From a virus, in the IMG/VR virus record IMGVR_UViG_3300040801_002133, positions 1 through 44,446 of that record: a stretch of 44,446 nt of DNA, one strand, 5' to 3'. Below, piece by piece: positions 16,687 through 26,355 of the stretch; the first letter of the stretch is position 1, and every line of letters begins with the position of its first letter. Under the pieces are notes generated by a model that was given only the letters and a program-made list of their open reading frames with translations, was not told the origin of the DNA and did not search any database. Both the position numbers and the translations under genes were made by a program.

Positions 16687-17156
16687 TGAACACTGCTGTG
16701 ATTACGCCTGCAGAGTCTGACAGCTTTCTATCAGACAAGACGTCTTGGCTGGCACTTAGCGAGGCAGAAAAAGAAGGGCACATTGCAAAAGCTAGTGTAT
16801 ACGCGCAAACTCAATGGACGTGTTCTGAAGAAGTTGTCTGGGAAGACGATTCTGCAACAGAAGAAGTAGAAGAAGAAGCAATCCCAGACTTGATTAAAGA
16901 AGCGGTAGCTTGGTATGCTTACGCCTCTTCTAAAAACAATCTTTTTGGCGATCCTGCAAACGACGATCCAGCTAAAGGAAATCTTCGCTTAGAGCGAAAG
17001 AAGCTGGGAGAGCTAGAAAAGTCTGTAGAGTATTACCAAGGAGGAGCTCAAAAAGGAATAGGAACAGCGAGACACACAGGTTATCCTGATGCGTTAATGC
17101 AAGTTTATTGCGAAATGTCGTTTATGGGCGGATCAATCTCATTGGTGAGAACATGA
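16686..17156 (+). CDS. Putative head-tail adaptor or head completion protein.
   Basis: First gene after the capsid, with an acidic central segment. The assignment rests on gene order. Confidence 0.4.
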   Translation: MNTAVITPAESDSFLSDKTSWLALSEAEKEGHIAKASVYAQTQWTCSEEVVWEDDSATEEVEEEAIPDLIKEAVAWYAYASSKNNLFGDPANDDPAKGNLRLERKKLGELEKSVEYYQGGAQKGIGTARHTGYPDALMQVYCEMSFMGGSISLVRT

Positions 17157-17527
17157 GCTTAGCTGATGAATTTAAAGAAGCTGCAAAAGAGCTTATAGAT
17201 GAATTCTACTCTGGAGAATACACCTATTTGTTTCCTTCTTCTGAAAGCTATGACCCTAATGACGGCAGCGTGACAAGTCCAGAAACCCCTAAAACGATTC
17301 CTGCGGCCAGATACAATATCTCAACAGAGAAAAAGGCGACAATGTCATACTCTGAAGACACTTGTATCGTAGTAATGGCAGGAATTGATCTTGAAGAAGT
17401 AGTGCCAGAAGCTGGAGGAGCGGTTGTTTTTCCAGAAGGAACTAGGCACAGAATAGTGTTAGTCGAGCCGGATCAATACGGCGCGGCGTACTTTTTGCAC
17501 GTAACGAGAACTCCCGATGGCGCTTAG
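17153..17527 (+). CDS. Putative head-tail connector protein.
   Basis: ATGA coupling to the previous gene. The assignment rests on gene order. Confidence 0.35.
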   Translation: MSLADEFKEAAKELIDEFYSGEYTYLFPSSESYDPNDGSVTSPETPKTIPAARYNISTEKKATMSYSEDTCIVVMAGIDLEEVVPEAGGAVVFPEGTRHRIVLVEPDQYGAAYFLHVTRTPDGA

Positions 17528-17912
17528 TTTTTCAAGACAAGTAGACCAGGAGTTTAAGAAGTTTGGAGCCCTGGCCAGTAGAGAGATTACTGCGTCAGCG
17601 AAAGGCGCTTGGAAGACCGCGGTTGCTGCTAACGATTCTCACGTAACTACTGGAGCTATGCGGTTCAACTGGAAGCTTTCTACAGATAGAAGAAGCTCTT
17701 ATGTTCCTAAGCGCTTAAATAGGCCTAGGCCTAATGTGCCAAAGTTCAATTTTAGAATCCGTTACGACAAAAGAATTTATCTTTACAACAATATGCCGTA
17801 CGCATCATTGGCGGAAGACTTGTCTCCAGGAAACATGCTCGCAAAAGCCACCGTGTTTTTCGAGAATGACCTAGAAGCAAGATTAAGAAAACTGAACAGG
17901 ACTAAGTTATGA
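17517..17912 (+). CDS. Putative neck or tail-completion protein, HK97 gp10-like.
   Basis: Gene order plus a TGAMRFNWKL segment resembling the gp10-family TGxLR motif. Confidence 0.35.
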   Translation: MALSFSRQVDQEFKKFGALASREITASAKGAWKTAVAANDSHVTTGAMRFNWKLSTDRRSSYVPKRLNRPRPNVPKFNFRIRYDKRIYLYNNMPYASLAEDLSPGNMLAKATVFFENDLEARLRKLNRTKL

Positions 17913-18319
17913 TTGATTATACTGAATTGAGAAGAACGATAGAAGTGTTTATATCAAGCAACTTTAGCGATGTTCCTGTGCGGTTTGAAAACACTTTCTT
18001 AACAAAAGAAGATGAAGAGCACATTTCAATTCTGGATTCAGGAGACTTAACTTCTGAACCTCTTGAAATGGGTATGGGAGCGCCAAGCTTAATGTCTGGC
18101 CTATTGACTATAGAGATCTTTACTTACGTAGGAAAAGGCACACAGAAAGCTCGGCAAATTGCATCTTCGTTAGATACTATTTTTAATGACAGTATCGACG
18201 GCATCACTTTTGATGAGAGAGAACTAAGATCCGTTGGCGTTGAAAATGATGCCCCATTTTACAAGCACGTTTTAAATGTTCCGTACAAGTATTTTTACGG
18301 ACAAAATGATTCCAATTAG
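17909..18319 (+). CDS. Putative tail terminator protein, DUF4128-like.
   Basis: VPVRFENTFL...GLLTIEIFTYVGKGT...ITF...YKHVLNVPY fits the tail-terminator pattern. It lies immediately before the major tail gene. Confidence 0.45.
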   Translation: MIDYTELRRTIEVFISSNFSDVPVRFENTFLTKEDEEHISILDSGDLTSEPLEMGMGAPSLMSGLLTIEIFTYVGKGTQKARQIASSLDTIFNDSIDGITFDERELRSVGVENDAPFYKHVLNVPYKYFYGQNDSN

Positions 18320-18328
18320 GAGGAAAGC

Positions 18329-19114
18329 ATGGCTTTAAAGACTAACCCGGTAAACTTTGTGCTCGCACAAAACGCCGCTGTCGTGCTTCATGCTCGCAAA
18401 TCCAATGAGAAAACGATTCGAGGACTGCAAGGAATGGGTCTTTGTCTCGGATTCACAATGGAGACGCAGACAGTAGCAGAAATGGGCCGGAGAATCGCTC
18501 TAGTAGTTCCCTCTGGTGGAACCTACGAAGAGACTTCGGTAAACTATAATTTTATTCCAGGAGATTCGTCTCTGGAAGAGTTCAGAGACGCAGCGATAAA
18601 CTCTACCAAGCTTGCAGATGTAAGGCTCTATGTAAAGCAAGGTTGTGACTTTTCTGCTCCTGACTTGATTTCAGACCCGGCCTCTGGCCTCTATGTAGGA
18701 TCTATGTCTGATCCTCAAGTAGACAGTCCTAATGGGCTCTTTACTGGTTCCTTGAGCTACATGCCTGGCGGAGCGTTTGTATTATTTATTGCTCACACAG
18801 GCAACACTAATGGAACTAATCTTTCGTACACTGTCGCAACAAGAACGTTCACTTTAGCAGGAGGTGGTTCATTCATCGAAATGGGATTCGAAGTTGGCGA
18901 CACTTTGATTCTCGACAATGCCGCTGGAGCTGATCCTTATTATCTCAAAGCGGAAGCTGTAAATGCAACTACTTTGGTAGTGGAAGAGGACGTAGGGAAC
19001 GAGGCTACTCTTGAAGCGGCTGGAGATCTTGCGGCTGGAATTGCTTCTACTGAGCTTCATGGCGCTACTCCTCTAGTAGTTTCTGGCTATACAGGACTAG
19101 AGTCGTGTGATTAA
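18329..19114 (+). CDS. Major tail (tube) protein with a C-terminal extension domain.
   Basis: Strong AGGAGG SD. It lies upstream of the chaperone pair and tape measure, and a large hairpin follows it. Confidence 0.65.
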   Translation: MALKTNPVNFVLAQNAAVVLHARKSNEKTIRGLQGMGLCLGFTMETQTVAEMGRRIALVVPSGGTYEETSVNYNFIPGDSSLEEFRDAAINSTKLADVRLYVKQGCDFSAPDLISDPASGLYVGSMSDPQVDSPNGLFTGSLSYMPGGAFVLFIAHTGNTNGTNLSYTVATRTFTLAGGGSFIEMGFEVGDTLILDNAAGADPYYLKAEAVNATTLVVEEDVGNEATLEAAGDLAAGIASTELHGATPLVVSGYTGLESCD

Positions 19115-19122
19115 TTAACAAC

Positions 19123-19179
19123 TTGTCCCCGACCCCAACTGCCTTCCTGTGGTGGTTGGCACTTCGGGGAAGGGGACAA
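19123..19179 (+). promoter_or_regulatory. Large RNA or DNA hairpin after the major tail gene.
   Basis: TTGTCCCCgaCCCC ... GGGGaaGGGGACAA gives 12 paired positions and a loop of about 29 nt. No T tract follows the stem. Confidence 0.45.
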
Positions 19180-19202
19180 TTCAACCACCACAAGGATACG
19201 AT

Positions 19203-19598
19203 ATGAGACTTTCTCTTGAAAAGACAAAACAATGTTACGTACCAAACGACCCAGACGGGGCGTTTGTGACAATAAAGCTTCTTACTTTAGACGAGCTTTC
19301 TCAGTGCGAAGCGGCTTCTACTGAAATGTCTGTTAACGATGTGACTGGAGCAGCAATGGCATTAGACAGCCACAAGAGAGAAAATGAAGTAGCAAGACGT
19401 TGCATTAAGAATTGGAGCGGGTTTTATCTTGCAAACGGAGAGGCTATTGAATACAGCAAATCGAATCTTGCTAAGATGAAAGACTTTGCAATAAACACCG
19501 AAGAAGGAAGCGTGCGTTTCAATGCTTGGGTAGACAGAGAACACGCAAAGTTTGCTGAAGAAGTAGAAAAGGAAAGCAAGGACGCCGCAAAAAACTAG
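19203..19598 (+). CDS. Tail assembly chaperone (gpG-like).
   Basis: Lies between major tail and tape measure. It ends at a TAG immediately after the slippery heptamer. Start is at MRLSLEK. Confidence 0.7.
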   Translation: MRLSLEKTKQCYVPNDPDGAFVTIKLLTLDELSQCEAASTEMSVNDVTGAAMALDSHKRENEVARRCIKNWSGFYLANGEAIEYSKSNLAKMKDFAINTEEGSVRFNAWVDREHAKFAEEVEKESKDAAKN

Positions 19599-19912
19599 AA
19601 AAGCTGGCACGTTGGTACGCCACTGCTGATTGTGAGACTTGTGTTGAAACTTTCGGCAGTGAAGACCTTACGCCTTGTGAAATGTGTCGGCCAGGAGTTC
19701 ATGATTATAACAAGGCGATCCTTGTTCTGTACAATGTTTGCAAAGATCAGCTGATAATGGGAGCCAATGGTCCTATATCAATATCAGATGCAGCAATTGG
19801 ACATGCAATGAAAGAGTATTTTGACGTAGAAAAGAAAGACAAGCTTTCTTTGTCTTTGTCTGTTAGAAATTTCAGCAGAAAAGTAATAAAGAAGCAGCTG
19901 GAGAAAAAGTAA
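19203..19912 (+). CDS. Tail assembly chaperone frameshift product (gpGT-like), made by a -1 shift at 19589-19595.
   Basis: The -1 frame is open from 19559 to 19912 by hand check. The total length is consistent with 237 codons when one base is read twice. It ends with TAATG coupling to the tape measure. Confidence 0.65.
19589..19595 (+). promoter_or_regulatory. Programmed -1 ribosomal frameshift slippery site, A_AAA_AAC.
   Basis: The zero-frame codons are gcA AAA AAC TAG. This is a canonical X_XXY_YYZ heptamer one codon before the stop. Confidence 0.7.
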
Positions 19913-22479
19913 TGGCAGAATTGATTCTTGACGTTAGAAGCAATGCACACACGGAGCTTCCTAAAATCAAAAGGAAACTCAATTCTGTTTCTAAAGACGC
20001 GGAAAAGCTCAAGACTACGTTCAAGACTATTGACTTTAAAAAAGTCTCTGCTGGCGCTTTTCAACAGCTTTCTAACGCACTTGCCAATGTCTCTAGATTT
20101 GCTGCTTCTGCTACTGTAGGGTTTTCTGCAATAAACAGCGAGCTTGAACAGCTTCAAGTAATGTTGGATACCGCTGCTGGAAGCTCAGAAGCTGGAGCAG
20201 ATGCTTTTGAAAAAATAATCAAGTTCACCGAAAGAGCGCCTTTCTCCATTGATGCGCTTACAGACTCGTTTATTAAATTAAAAACGTCAGGACTACACGA
20301 TGTTTCTGGCATGATGGACACGCTATCTGACGCTGTAGCTGCTTTTGGTGGAGGTTCGCAAAATCTGAAGTTGGTCACTGTGGCGGTTCAGCAGATGGTT
20401 GGTAAAGGCGTCATCTCCATGGAGGAACTAAGAAGGCAGATGGGGGAACAAATTCCTACTGCTATGAGAGCCATGGCTCAAGGGCTTGGAATGACCATGG
20501 GCGAGATGATCGGCATAATTGAAGTTGGAGGACTAGAAGCAAAGAAAGGGCTTTCTGCCTTACAAGAAACGCTTGAGAAGTGGCATTCTGGAGCAGCACA
20601 AAGAAGAATGGACACTATGCAAGGAGCCTTGACAAGAGTCACTAATCAGTGGAAGCTTTTGGTAAAATCCGTAGGGGACGACAGAGGAGCATTTGCCTCT
20701 ATGCGCCAAGCAGTGGAGTCTGTGGCGATTGGACTAAAGAAACTTCGAGAGTCTACAGAAGGACAAAAACTCCTTGAAAGCGTCTCAGAATCGATCGCTC
20801 AGACTGCCAAAAGCCTGTCTAATCCAGAAGTTCTTCAGTCGTATTTTTTCAATATTGCAGAAGGAATTTCTTTAGTAGGGCGAGCAGCAAGAGGCGTAGG
20901 AGGTTGGTTAGGGTATTGGCAAGACTTAGTTGACACGTTCAAAGGCGACATTAGCAAACTTGCTATAGACGAGTTGGGTTTTGATATTCCAGACATTGGC
21001 TCTGAAACGTACAACGACCATTATTTAAAAATCAGAGATGACTTGTTGAAAGTTTCTGATGCTTTTAAAAGCATGGGAAGCATTAGCGCAGAAGACTTGG
21101 AAACGCCTTTTTCAAAGTTGCGACAAAAGTTCAGTGAAGAAGAGATAGAAGTGATCCAACAAGTTGCTGATTTGAGAGCAAAGGTAGAAAAAGAATTTGG
21201 CAAAGAGTTTGAAGTAGGCGATATAGTGTTCGACACGCCTCAAGCGTTGGCAGCTGCTAAAGTATTGGCACAAGAGATCAATCAAGAGCTCAGAGACTCT
21301 ATAGACGCAATAGACGTGGACGTAAGAGAACTGACGCAAGGCTTCAGTTTACAAGACTCTTTAGACATGCTTGATCAAAGAGCTAAGGAGTTTGCAGCAA
21401 GTTTTGATGCAAATTTTGCAGCAGCTACAAAATCTATAAAAGAAAACATAAAAGGGATCGAACAGCAAATAGCGGACGCTAGAGCAAGTTTGCTAAGCAC
21501 CGAACTGGACCTTGCAGAAGAGATTAGCAGACTTTCTCCTGGAGCACCCGCAGAAGGGTCTAAAGAAGCCTGGCATCAGCAGTTGGCGCTTATCGAGTCT
21601 TATAAAGAGAAGGCGGCAGTCTTGTGGGACGCCGGAAAAATAGAGCAGTATCAAGAGTACGTTAGAAGAATAAAAGCTCTCGTAGAAGGACTGCCAGAAG
21701 GCGGAATAAAGCAAGAAGCAGACGAAGGCGCTTTGAAACGAAGAGAGACTTATCTCAAGAAGATGATAAAGCATTGGGCCGAAATAAGAGATAAACAAGG
21801 TTCAACGCAAGGAAGGTACACTTACAACAAAAAAGTAAAAGAGACGAAGGAAGAGCTTAGGAAACTTCGACAAGAGCAAAAAGACGGAGGAAAAGAGATT
21901 GTTTCAGCGGAAGAGATGAGAGCTAAGAAGTTGGAGCAAATCAAATCGATCTACGAATTAATTATCCAAGCTGAGCAAAAAAGAATATCGACGCATCAAC
22001 AAGCAATTAAAGATCAAGAAGAGCAATTGTCTCGATGGAACGAAGAAGATGAAGCAATAACCGCAATTATGAACACCTTAGATTATCTTCAAGACAAGAG
22101 AGACGAAATAACTGCAAGAGAATTGGTCAACTTAAGCAATTTGATAGACAAGGCAGAAGAGCTTAGAAAGAAAAGACAAGAAGCCGCTAACGCACTAAAT
22201 TCTTCTGGAGGCTCAGGCGGCTCCGATTCTGGCAGAGCACAGCCTAACTTTTTAGGCGGTCCAGTTTCTGCAGGAAGCAAGTATTTGGTAGGAGAACGAG
22301 GACCAGAGTTGTTTGTTCCCAATACTGACGGCAAAATTGTTCCAAACGACAAAATAGGAGGCAGTTTTGTGACCGTAGATTTGAGAACAAATAGCGGAGA
22401 CTTTTCTCTTCAGGCAACCATGGAAAGCGTTGCAGGACTAGTTAGAAAACAAGAAAGAATGGCAAGGAGAGCGTCCTAA
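19912..22479 (+). CDS. Tail tape measure protein.
   Basis: 855 aa and alpha-helical. The core reads FTERAPFSIDALTDSFIKLKTSGL...QQMVGKGVISMEELRRQMGEQIPTAMRAMAQGLGMTMGEM. The C-terminus is LVGERGPELFVPNTDGKIVPND. Confidence 0.85.
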   Translation: MAELILDVRSNAHTELPKIKRKLNSVSKDAEKLKTTFKTIDFKKVSAGAFQQLSNALANVSRFAASATVGFSAINSELEQLQVMLDTAAGSSEAGADAFEKIIKFTERAPFSIDALTDSFIKLKTSGLHDVSGMMDTLSDAVAAFGGGSQNLKLVTVAVQQMVGKGVISMEELRRQMGEQIPTAMRAMAQGLGMTMGEMIGIIEVGGLEAKKGLSALQETLEKWHSGAAQRRMDTMQGALTRVTNQWKLLVKSVGDDRGAFASMRQAVESVAIGLKKLRESTEGQKLLESVSESIAQTAKSLSNPEVLQSYFFNIAEGISLVGRAARGVGGWLGYWQDLVDTFKGDISKLAIDELGFDIPDIGSETYNDHYLKIRDDLLKVSDAFKSMGSISAEDLETPFSKLRQKFSEEEIEVIQQVADLRAKVEKEFGKEFEVGDIVFDTPQALAAAKVLAQEINQELRDSIDAIDVDVRELTQGFSLQDSLDMLDQRAKEFAASFDANFAAATKSIKENIKGIEQQIADARASLLSTELDLAEEISRLSPGAPAEGSKEAWHQQLALIESYKEKAAVLWDAGKIEQYQEYVRRIKALVEGLPEGGIKQEADEGALKRRETYLKKMIKHWAEIRDKQGSTQGRYTYNKKVKETKEELRKLRQEQKDGGKEIVSAEEMRAKKLEQIKSIYELIIQAEQKRISTHQQAIKDQEEQLSRWNEEDEAITAIMNTLDYLQDKRDEITARELVNLSNLIDKAEELRKKRQEAANALNSSGGSGGSDSGRAQPNFLGGPVSAGSKYLVGERGPELFVPNTDGKIVPNDKIGGSFVTVDLRTNSGDFSLQATMESVAGLVRKQERMARRAS

Positions 22480-22853
22480 TGGCTGTAACTTTAAACGGAG
22501 TTCCTCTGAATGACAATTTGATTCTTCGGGGACACGAAGAGAGACCGCTCGCTATGATTAATGTCGCGCCTACTTTGGGGGGCGCTGACGTTATTCAAGG
22601 TCTTCAACTCAACGCTTCTGTTCCTATGGAACTGGTGGCCTTGGGAGGCGCAAAAAAGCAGGGCTGGTTTTGTTCTTTTCAAATTGAACTTATAAACGCC
22701 ATGATGTCCAGCATTTCTCCTGTTGTTCTTAATTATCATGGCGTAGATTACGAAGTAATAGTTACTGACAGACAACTGGAAGAGTGGCACACGTGGGAGC
22801 CACCTAACGATAATAAAAGATTTTCTGGATCAATTTTTCTGCGAGGTGTGTAA
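22479..22853 (+). CDS. Putative minor or distal tail protein.
   Basis: First gene after the tape measure, with TAATG coupling. Positional assignment only. Confidence 0.35.
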   Translation: MAVTLNGVPLNDNLILRGHEERPLAMINVAPTLGGADVIQGLQLNASVPMELVALGGAKKQGWFCSFQIELINAMMSSISPVVLNYHGVDYEVIVTDRQLEEWHTWEPPNDNKRFSGSIFLRGV

Positions 22854-23863
22854 TGATAGATACAGACTTGAAAGTTTATTTGCCAAAAGAAGTTAGTGAC
22901 GCAGGCACGAACGGAGGCAGAATGTCAGCCGTCCAAGTCATAAGTGGAGTAGTTAATAATGTTTGGCCGCATGTTACTAAAGCTGAGAGAGTGTCAGGAT
23001 CTAAAAAGCATCGCAAAGTATTTTGCAAGGCAGCAGACGATTCTGATGGTACTCTTATTTCTCCTCAGTATTGGATTGATGACGTTACTCCTGGCGATGA
23101 TTGGTTTGTATTTTTTGCTGGGACACTAACAAACACTCAAGCCGATATTACAGGTTCTGAACGCAAGTACGGCGTTGCCAGTCTCAAAACTGACGCACTT
23201 GCAGGAAGCAACACTCTGGTAGTCGAAGTTGAGGACGAAAGTCTCGCCAATGCTGACATCATCTTTGTTACCGGAGACACCATCAGACCAACCACCAAAG
23301 TCAATCCAGACGACATTTCAGGCAACGAAGAGTTCCATGAAATCGACTCTGTTTCGGTATCTGGAACGGAGGTCACGATTACTATTGTCGGCACTCTGGC
23401 AAGCGATTACACAGTGGCTGAAAATGCCAGGGCGAGTTCAGTGTACGAACCTGGAGATGTTGCATGTAGTTTTGATGCCCCTGTAGTTACAACTGCTGGA
23501 GATGGCGATGTTGACGCAAGCACGTATGCGCCTACTTTAGACAACATTGGGACGATTGAGCAAATTATCACGCTCACCTTCAGCGACGCCACGAATTTTG
23601 TAGCAACGAGCAATGTTGCAGGAGTTACGCTTACTTCTGGTCAAAAAGGAACGGAGTGGAGCCCGACTAATTCAGAATTTAGCAAGCCTTACATAACGCT
23701 ACACGCCAACTTTTTTACTGGTACTTGGGCAAGCGGAGATACTTGTGTGATCCATGTTTATCCTGCGGCGATCGCTTTGTGGGAAACCCGAACAGTTCCG
23801 ATTGCGGCATCTCCACAATCAAATAACAAGATTACTCTAGTGACTGCGGGCGAGGCTGCTTAA
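22853..23863 (+). CDS. Putative tail-tip or baseplate structural protein.
   Basis: Translationally coupled within the tail block. Positional assignment only. Confidence 0.3.
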   Translation: MIDTDLKVYLPKEVSDAGTNGGRMSAVQVISGVVNNVWPHVTKAERVSGSKKHRKVFCKAADDSDGTLISPQYWIDDVTPGDDWFVFFAGTLTNTQADITGSERKYGVASLKTDALAGSNTLVVEVEDESLANADIIFVTGDTIRPTTKVNPDDISGNEEFHEIDSVSVSGTEVTITIVGTLASDYTVAENARASSVYEPGDVACSFDAPVVTTAGDGDVDASTYAPTLDNIGTIEQIITLTFSDATNFVATSNVAGVTLTSGQKGTEWSPTNSEFSKPYITLHANFFTGTWASGDTCVIHVYPAAIALWETRTVPIAASPQSNNKITLVTAGEAA

Positions 23864-24891
23864 TGGCCGACGAAAAGAAATACGCCGAACTTGTCATAAC
23901 GTTTGTTTCTCGATACGACAAAGACGGCACCAAGTTGGCAGATGATAAAGGCAATCCCCTGCCTGATTCAGAAACTGACAAGTCTTCTGGTGGCGCGGTA
24001 ACTGCGGAAGATCGTGGAAATACTTCAGACAACTCTGGAGGCAGATTGTACGACGAAGAAGGCAACTTAAACAAGTGGCTAACTTTGTCAGAACGCCCTC
24101 CGTCATTTAACAATGAGACGCAAACTTTTGAACAGTTCTATGCTGCGAAGGGGTATAGCCTAGTCGACACTGACCCTATTGATATTCAAGGGCGCTACGC
24201 TGAGTATATGTCGCAATGTGACGGCACTGGAACCTATACCACTGAAATTGTTGTCAGACATTCTCCAGGCCTTGAGTACAATATAATCACTTCTCACGGA
24301 AGTCTAGGACATCGTAGCGTCGAGAACGAAGACACGACCACGTTGTACGATCTGAATGGCGAAAGCAGTATCGACACTGCAATTGATTTGGAAAGCGCAA
24401 GCGCGCCTAGGCTTGAATGGCAAGGCGATGTTTATGATGAGAACGGGAATCAGATTCAAGCGCCTACTACAGGGAGCATTGACGGTTCTTTTTTAGATTT
24501 TGATAGCGGCGTAGTTGGCACAGTTTCTGTAGAAACCAAAATATATCAAGACGTATTTACGCTCACTTTGGCTCCTGGACAAGTTCCTGCAGATTCGAAA
24601 GCAGCGGCTACAGTAAGGGCTTTTTATCCAGGAGGAATAGCTACTTTGCAAATAAGCATGCCGAACCTCAGTGGCAACTGTACTGGCTTTGGGGACTTGA
24701 CTGTAACTAACGGAAAAGACAAGAAGAAAGAAGCCGGAGAAAACGGAGAAGACGAGGGCGTAGAGGAGATTTGTTACGAAGTAATAGTAACTTTAGACGG
24801 CTGCAATAAAAAAGAGCTAAATAGAGAAGAGCTAGAATTAGCTTGTAAAGCTGATGAAGACAAAAAAGAAGATAGTCAAGACGACGATTAA
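23863..24891 (+). CDS. Putative tail structural protein with an acidic C-terminus.
   Basis: Coupled ORF ending in KADEDKKEDSQDDD. Confidence 0.3.
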   Translation: MADEKKYAELVITFVSRYDKDGTKLADDKGNPLPDSETDKSSGGAVTAEDRGNTSDNSGGRLYDEEGNLNKWLTLSERPPSFNNETQTFEQFYAAKGYSLVDTDPIDIQGRYAEYMSQCDGTGTYTTEIVVRHSPGLEYNIITSHGSLGHRSVENEDTTTLYDLNGESSIDTAIDLESASAPRLEWQGDVYDENGNQIQAPTTGSIDGSFLDFDSGVVGTVSVETKIYQDVFTLTLAPGQVPADSKAAATVRAFYPGGIATLQISMPNLSGNCTGFGDLTVTNGKDKKKEAGENGEDEGVEEICYEVIVTLDGCNKKELNREELELACKADEDKKEDSQDDD

Positions 24892-26029
24892 GTACAAATA
24901 TCCTGACAAGCCTTATAAAACGGCTGATCAGATGGAGGATATTTGTTGCGAAGAAAAGCCAGAGCTAAATTGTAGTGAAGTATACGAAGGCGTCTGGCAC
25001 GGGTACTCTAAAGAAGAATTGATTGAGAGTTTAGGAATATCCGTAGACGAAAATGATGTATTCACAGATAAAGACGGCAAACGAAAAAGATTAATAATCA
25101 AGGTTAAGCCAAGGAAGAATCCCTGCGGCAAAATTTATACTGAGTATGACACGACCCCCAATGCCTGTTGTGAGTTTGCCACTGACATAGTTTGGCCAGA
25201 TGAGGTCAACACTGAAGTCATCAGCGCAGGGAACGCAGCGTCTTTTATGGTCACTGGTGGCCGGGCTACGAAGACCTGGAAGACCACCAACAGCGGAACA
25301 TATTGGAAAAAGAACGGCAGTCGCACCATCACCACCTCAGACTCCGTGGTGACACTGCAAACTACGGAAAACTTCTGCGGCGCAACAATGATCTCTGTAA
25401 GCGATGGTTGCAGCAGTGTTACCGAGGGAGTGAGGTCTAATGTTGGTCGTTGGGAGCTTCAGACGGCAGAATACCCAGCGAGGGGCAACCCCTCTTCGAC
25501 CGTTGAGACATATAAAACCAGGATACCGCCAGAGTTTTGGGGCATGAGTGGCGATTCTTCAGGCGGCGGTGTGACTATCGTCAGAGGTCGTGATAAGGTG
25601 TCTGAGGGGCATGATTGGTATGGACCGAGCTTTGGAGCTGAGCTTGAGTTGGCAGCCTCCCCAGACAACCCTCAAACGGCATTTCCTTGCAGCGTGCCAA
25701 ACAGCGGAGATAAGCCATCTGGTTGTGTGCCTGACATGGAGGCCTATGCGGAGGTTGGTTGCACTTGTCTCTCTGGAGGCTCTGCAAGCCTTTGCCACCT
25801 GGCTTTTGAAATGCCAGATATGGCTGACCGCAACGCTCCAGCGGCAGAATGTCCACTGTTTGATGAGTGGAACGCCACCTTCCCAGACTCCTGGGTGGAG
25901 CGACAGAACTATATTTCCTCCGCTCGATACTGTACAGGCGGTCATCGAGTATCTCACAGGGTGCTCTGGTATCGCTGCCATTCGGGGTGGGAATACGTCA
26001 CAGGATCGCATTGGAGGTGGGTGTGCTAA
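24854..26029 (+). CDS. Cys/Trp-rich putative tail protein. The start is uncertain.
   Basis: Long ORF in the GC-richer segment. Neither candidate ATG (24854 or 24932) has an SD. It overlaps the previous gene by 38 nt. Confidence 0.35.
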   Translation: MKTKKKIVKTTIKYKYPDKPYKTADQMEDICCEEKPELNCSEVYEGVWHGYSKEELIESLGISVDENDVFTDKDGKRKRLIIKVKPRKNPCGKIYTEYDTTPNACCEFATDIVWPDEVNTEVISAGNAASFMVTGGRATKTWKTTNSGTYWKKNGSRTITTSDSVVTLQTTENFCGATMISVSDGCSSVTEGVRSNVGRWELQTAEYPARGNPSSTVETYKTRIPPEFWGMSGDSSGGGVTIVRGRDKVSEGHDWYGPSFGAELELAASPDNPQTAFPCSVPNSGDKPSGCVPDMEAYAEVGCTCLSGGSASLCHLAFEMPDMADRNAPAAECPLFDEWNATFPDSWVERQNYISSARYCTGGHRVSHRVLWYRCHSGWEYVTGSHWRWVC

Positions 26030-26055
26030 ATACCTATACGCTCAAACAAAAACAG

Positions 26056-26355
26056 ATGTTTAAAGACTTGCTCATTGCATATAAGGATTGGCCATTAGAG
26101 GAAGTACTTTTCCAGGTCGAGGATTCGATAAAAGAGGAAATGGCCGAACTAGCACAACGCGAAAAGGAAAGACAGGAGCAAGAACTCAAGAATAAACCTT
26201 ATGAGATGTATGTTGAGCTTGAGCCTGGTGGCGGCAAAACCAACCCAGCCGTCTGTACAAAATGTGGTGGCATGATGAGGGACAGGATGGAAGAACAAAC
26301 AAAAGAAATCGCCAGGGTCTGTCAAAAATGCTGGCATAGCTTTCAGGTGCGCTAA
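26056..26355 (+). CDS. Small coiled-coil and zinc-ribbon protein.
   Basis: MFKDLL..., CTKCGG...CQKC. An alternative GTG start at 26023 lies behind GGAGGTGG. Confidence 0.4.
   Translation: MFKDLLIAYKDWPLEEVLFQVEDSIKEEMAELAQREKERQEQELKNKPYEMYVELEPGGGKTNPAVCTKCGGMMRDRMEEQTKEIARVCQKCWHSFQVR

Noticed and set aside
19682-19912. Independent 76-aa gene between the chaperone and the tape measure.
   Set aside because: It has no SD. Its frame is open upstream into the chaperone gene and connects through a canonical slippery heptamer. It is better explained as the frameshift extension.
25459-26063. Cluster of overlapping 69-157-aa ORFs on both strands.
   Set aside because: They lie inside the GC-richer coding region of the Cys/Trp-rich tail gene. 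They are typical stop-poor alternative frames with no SDs.
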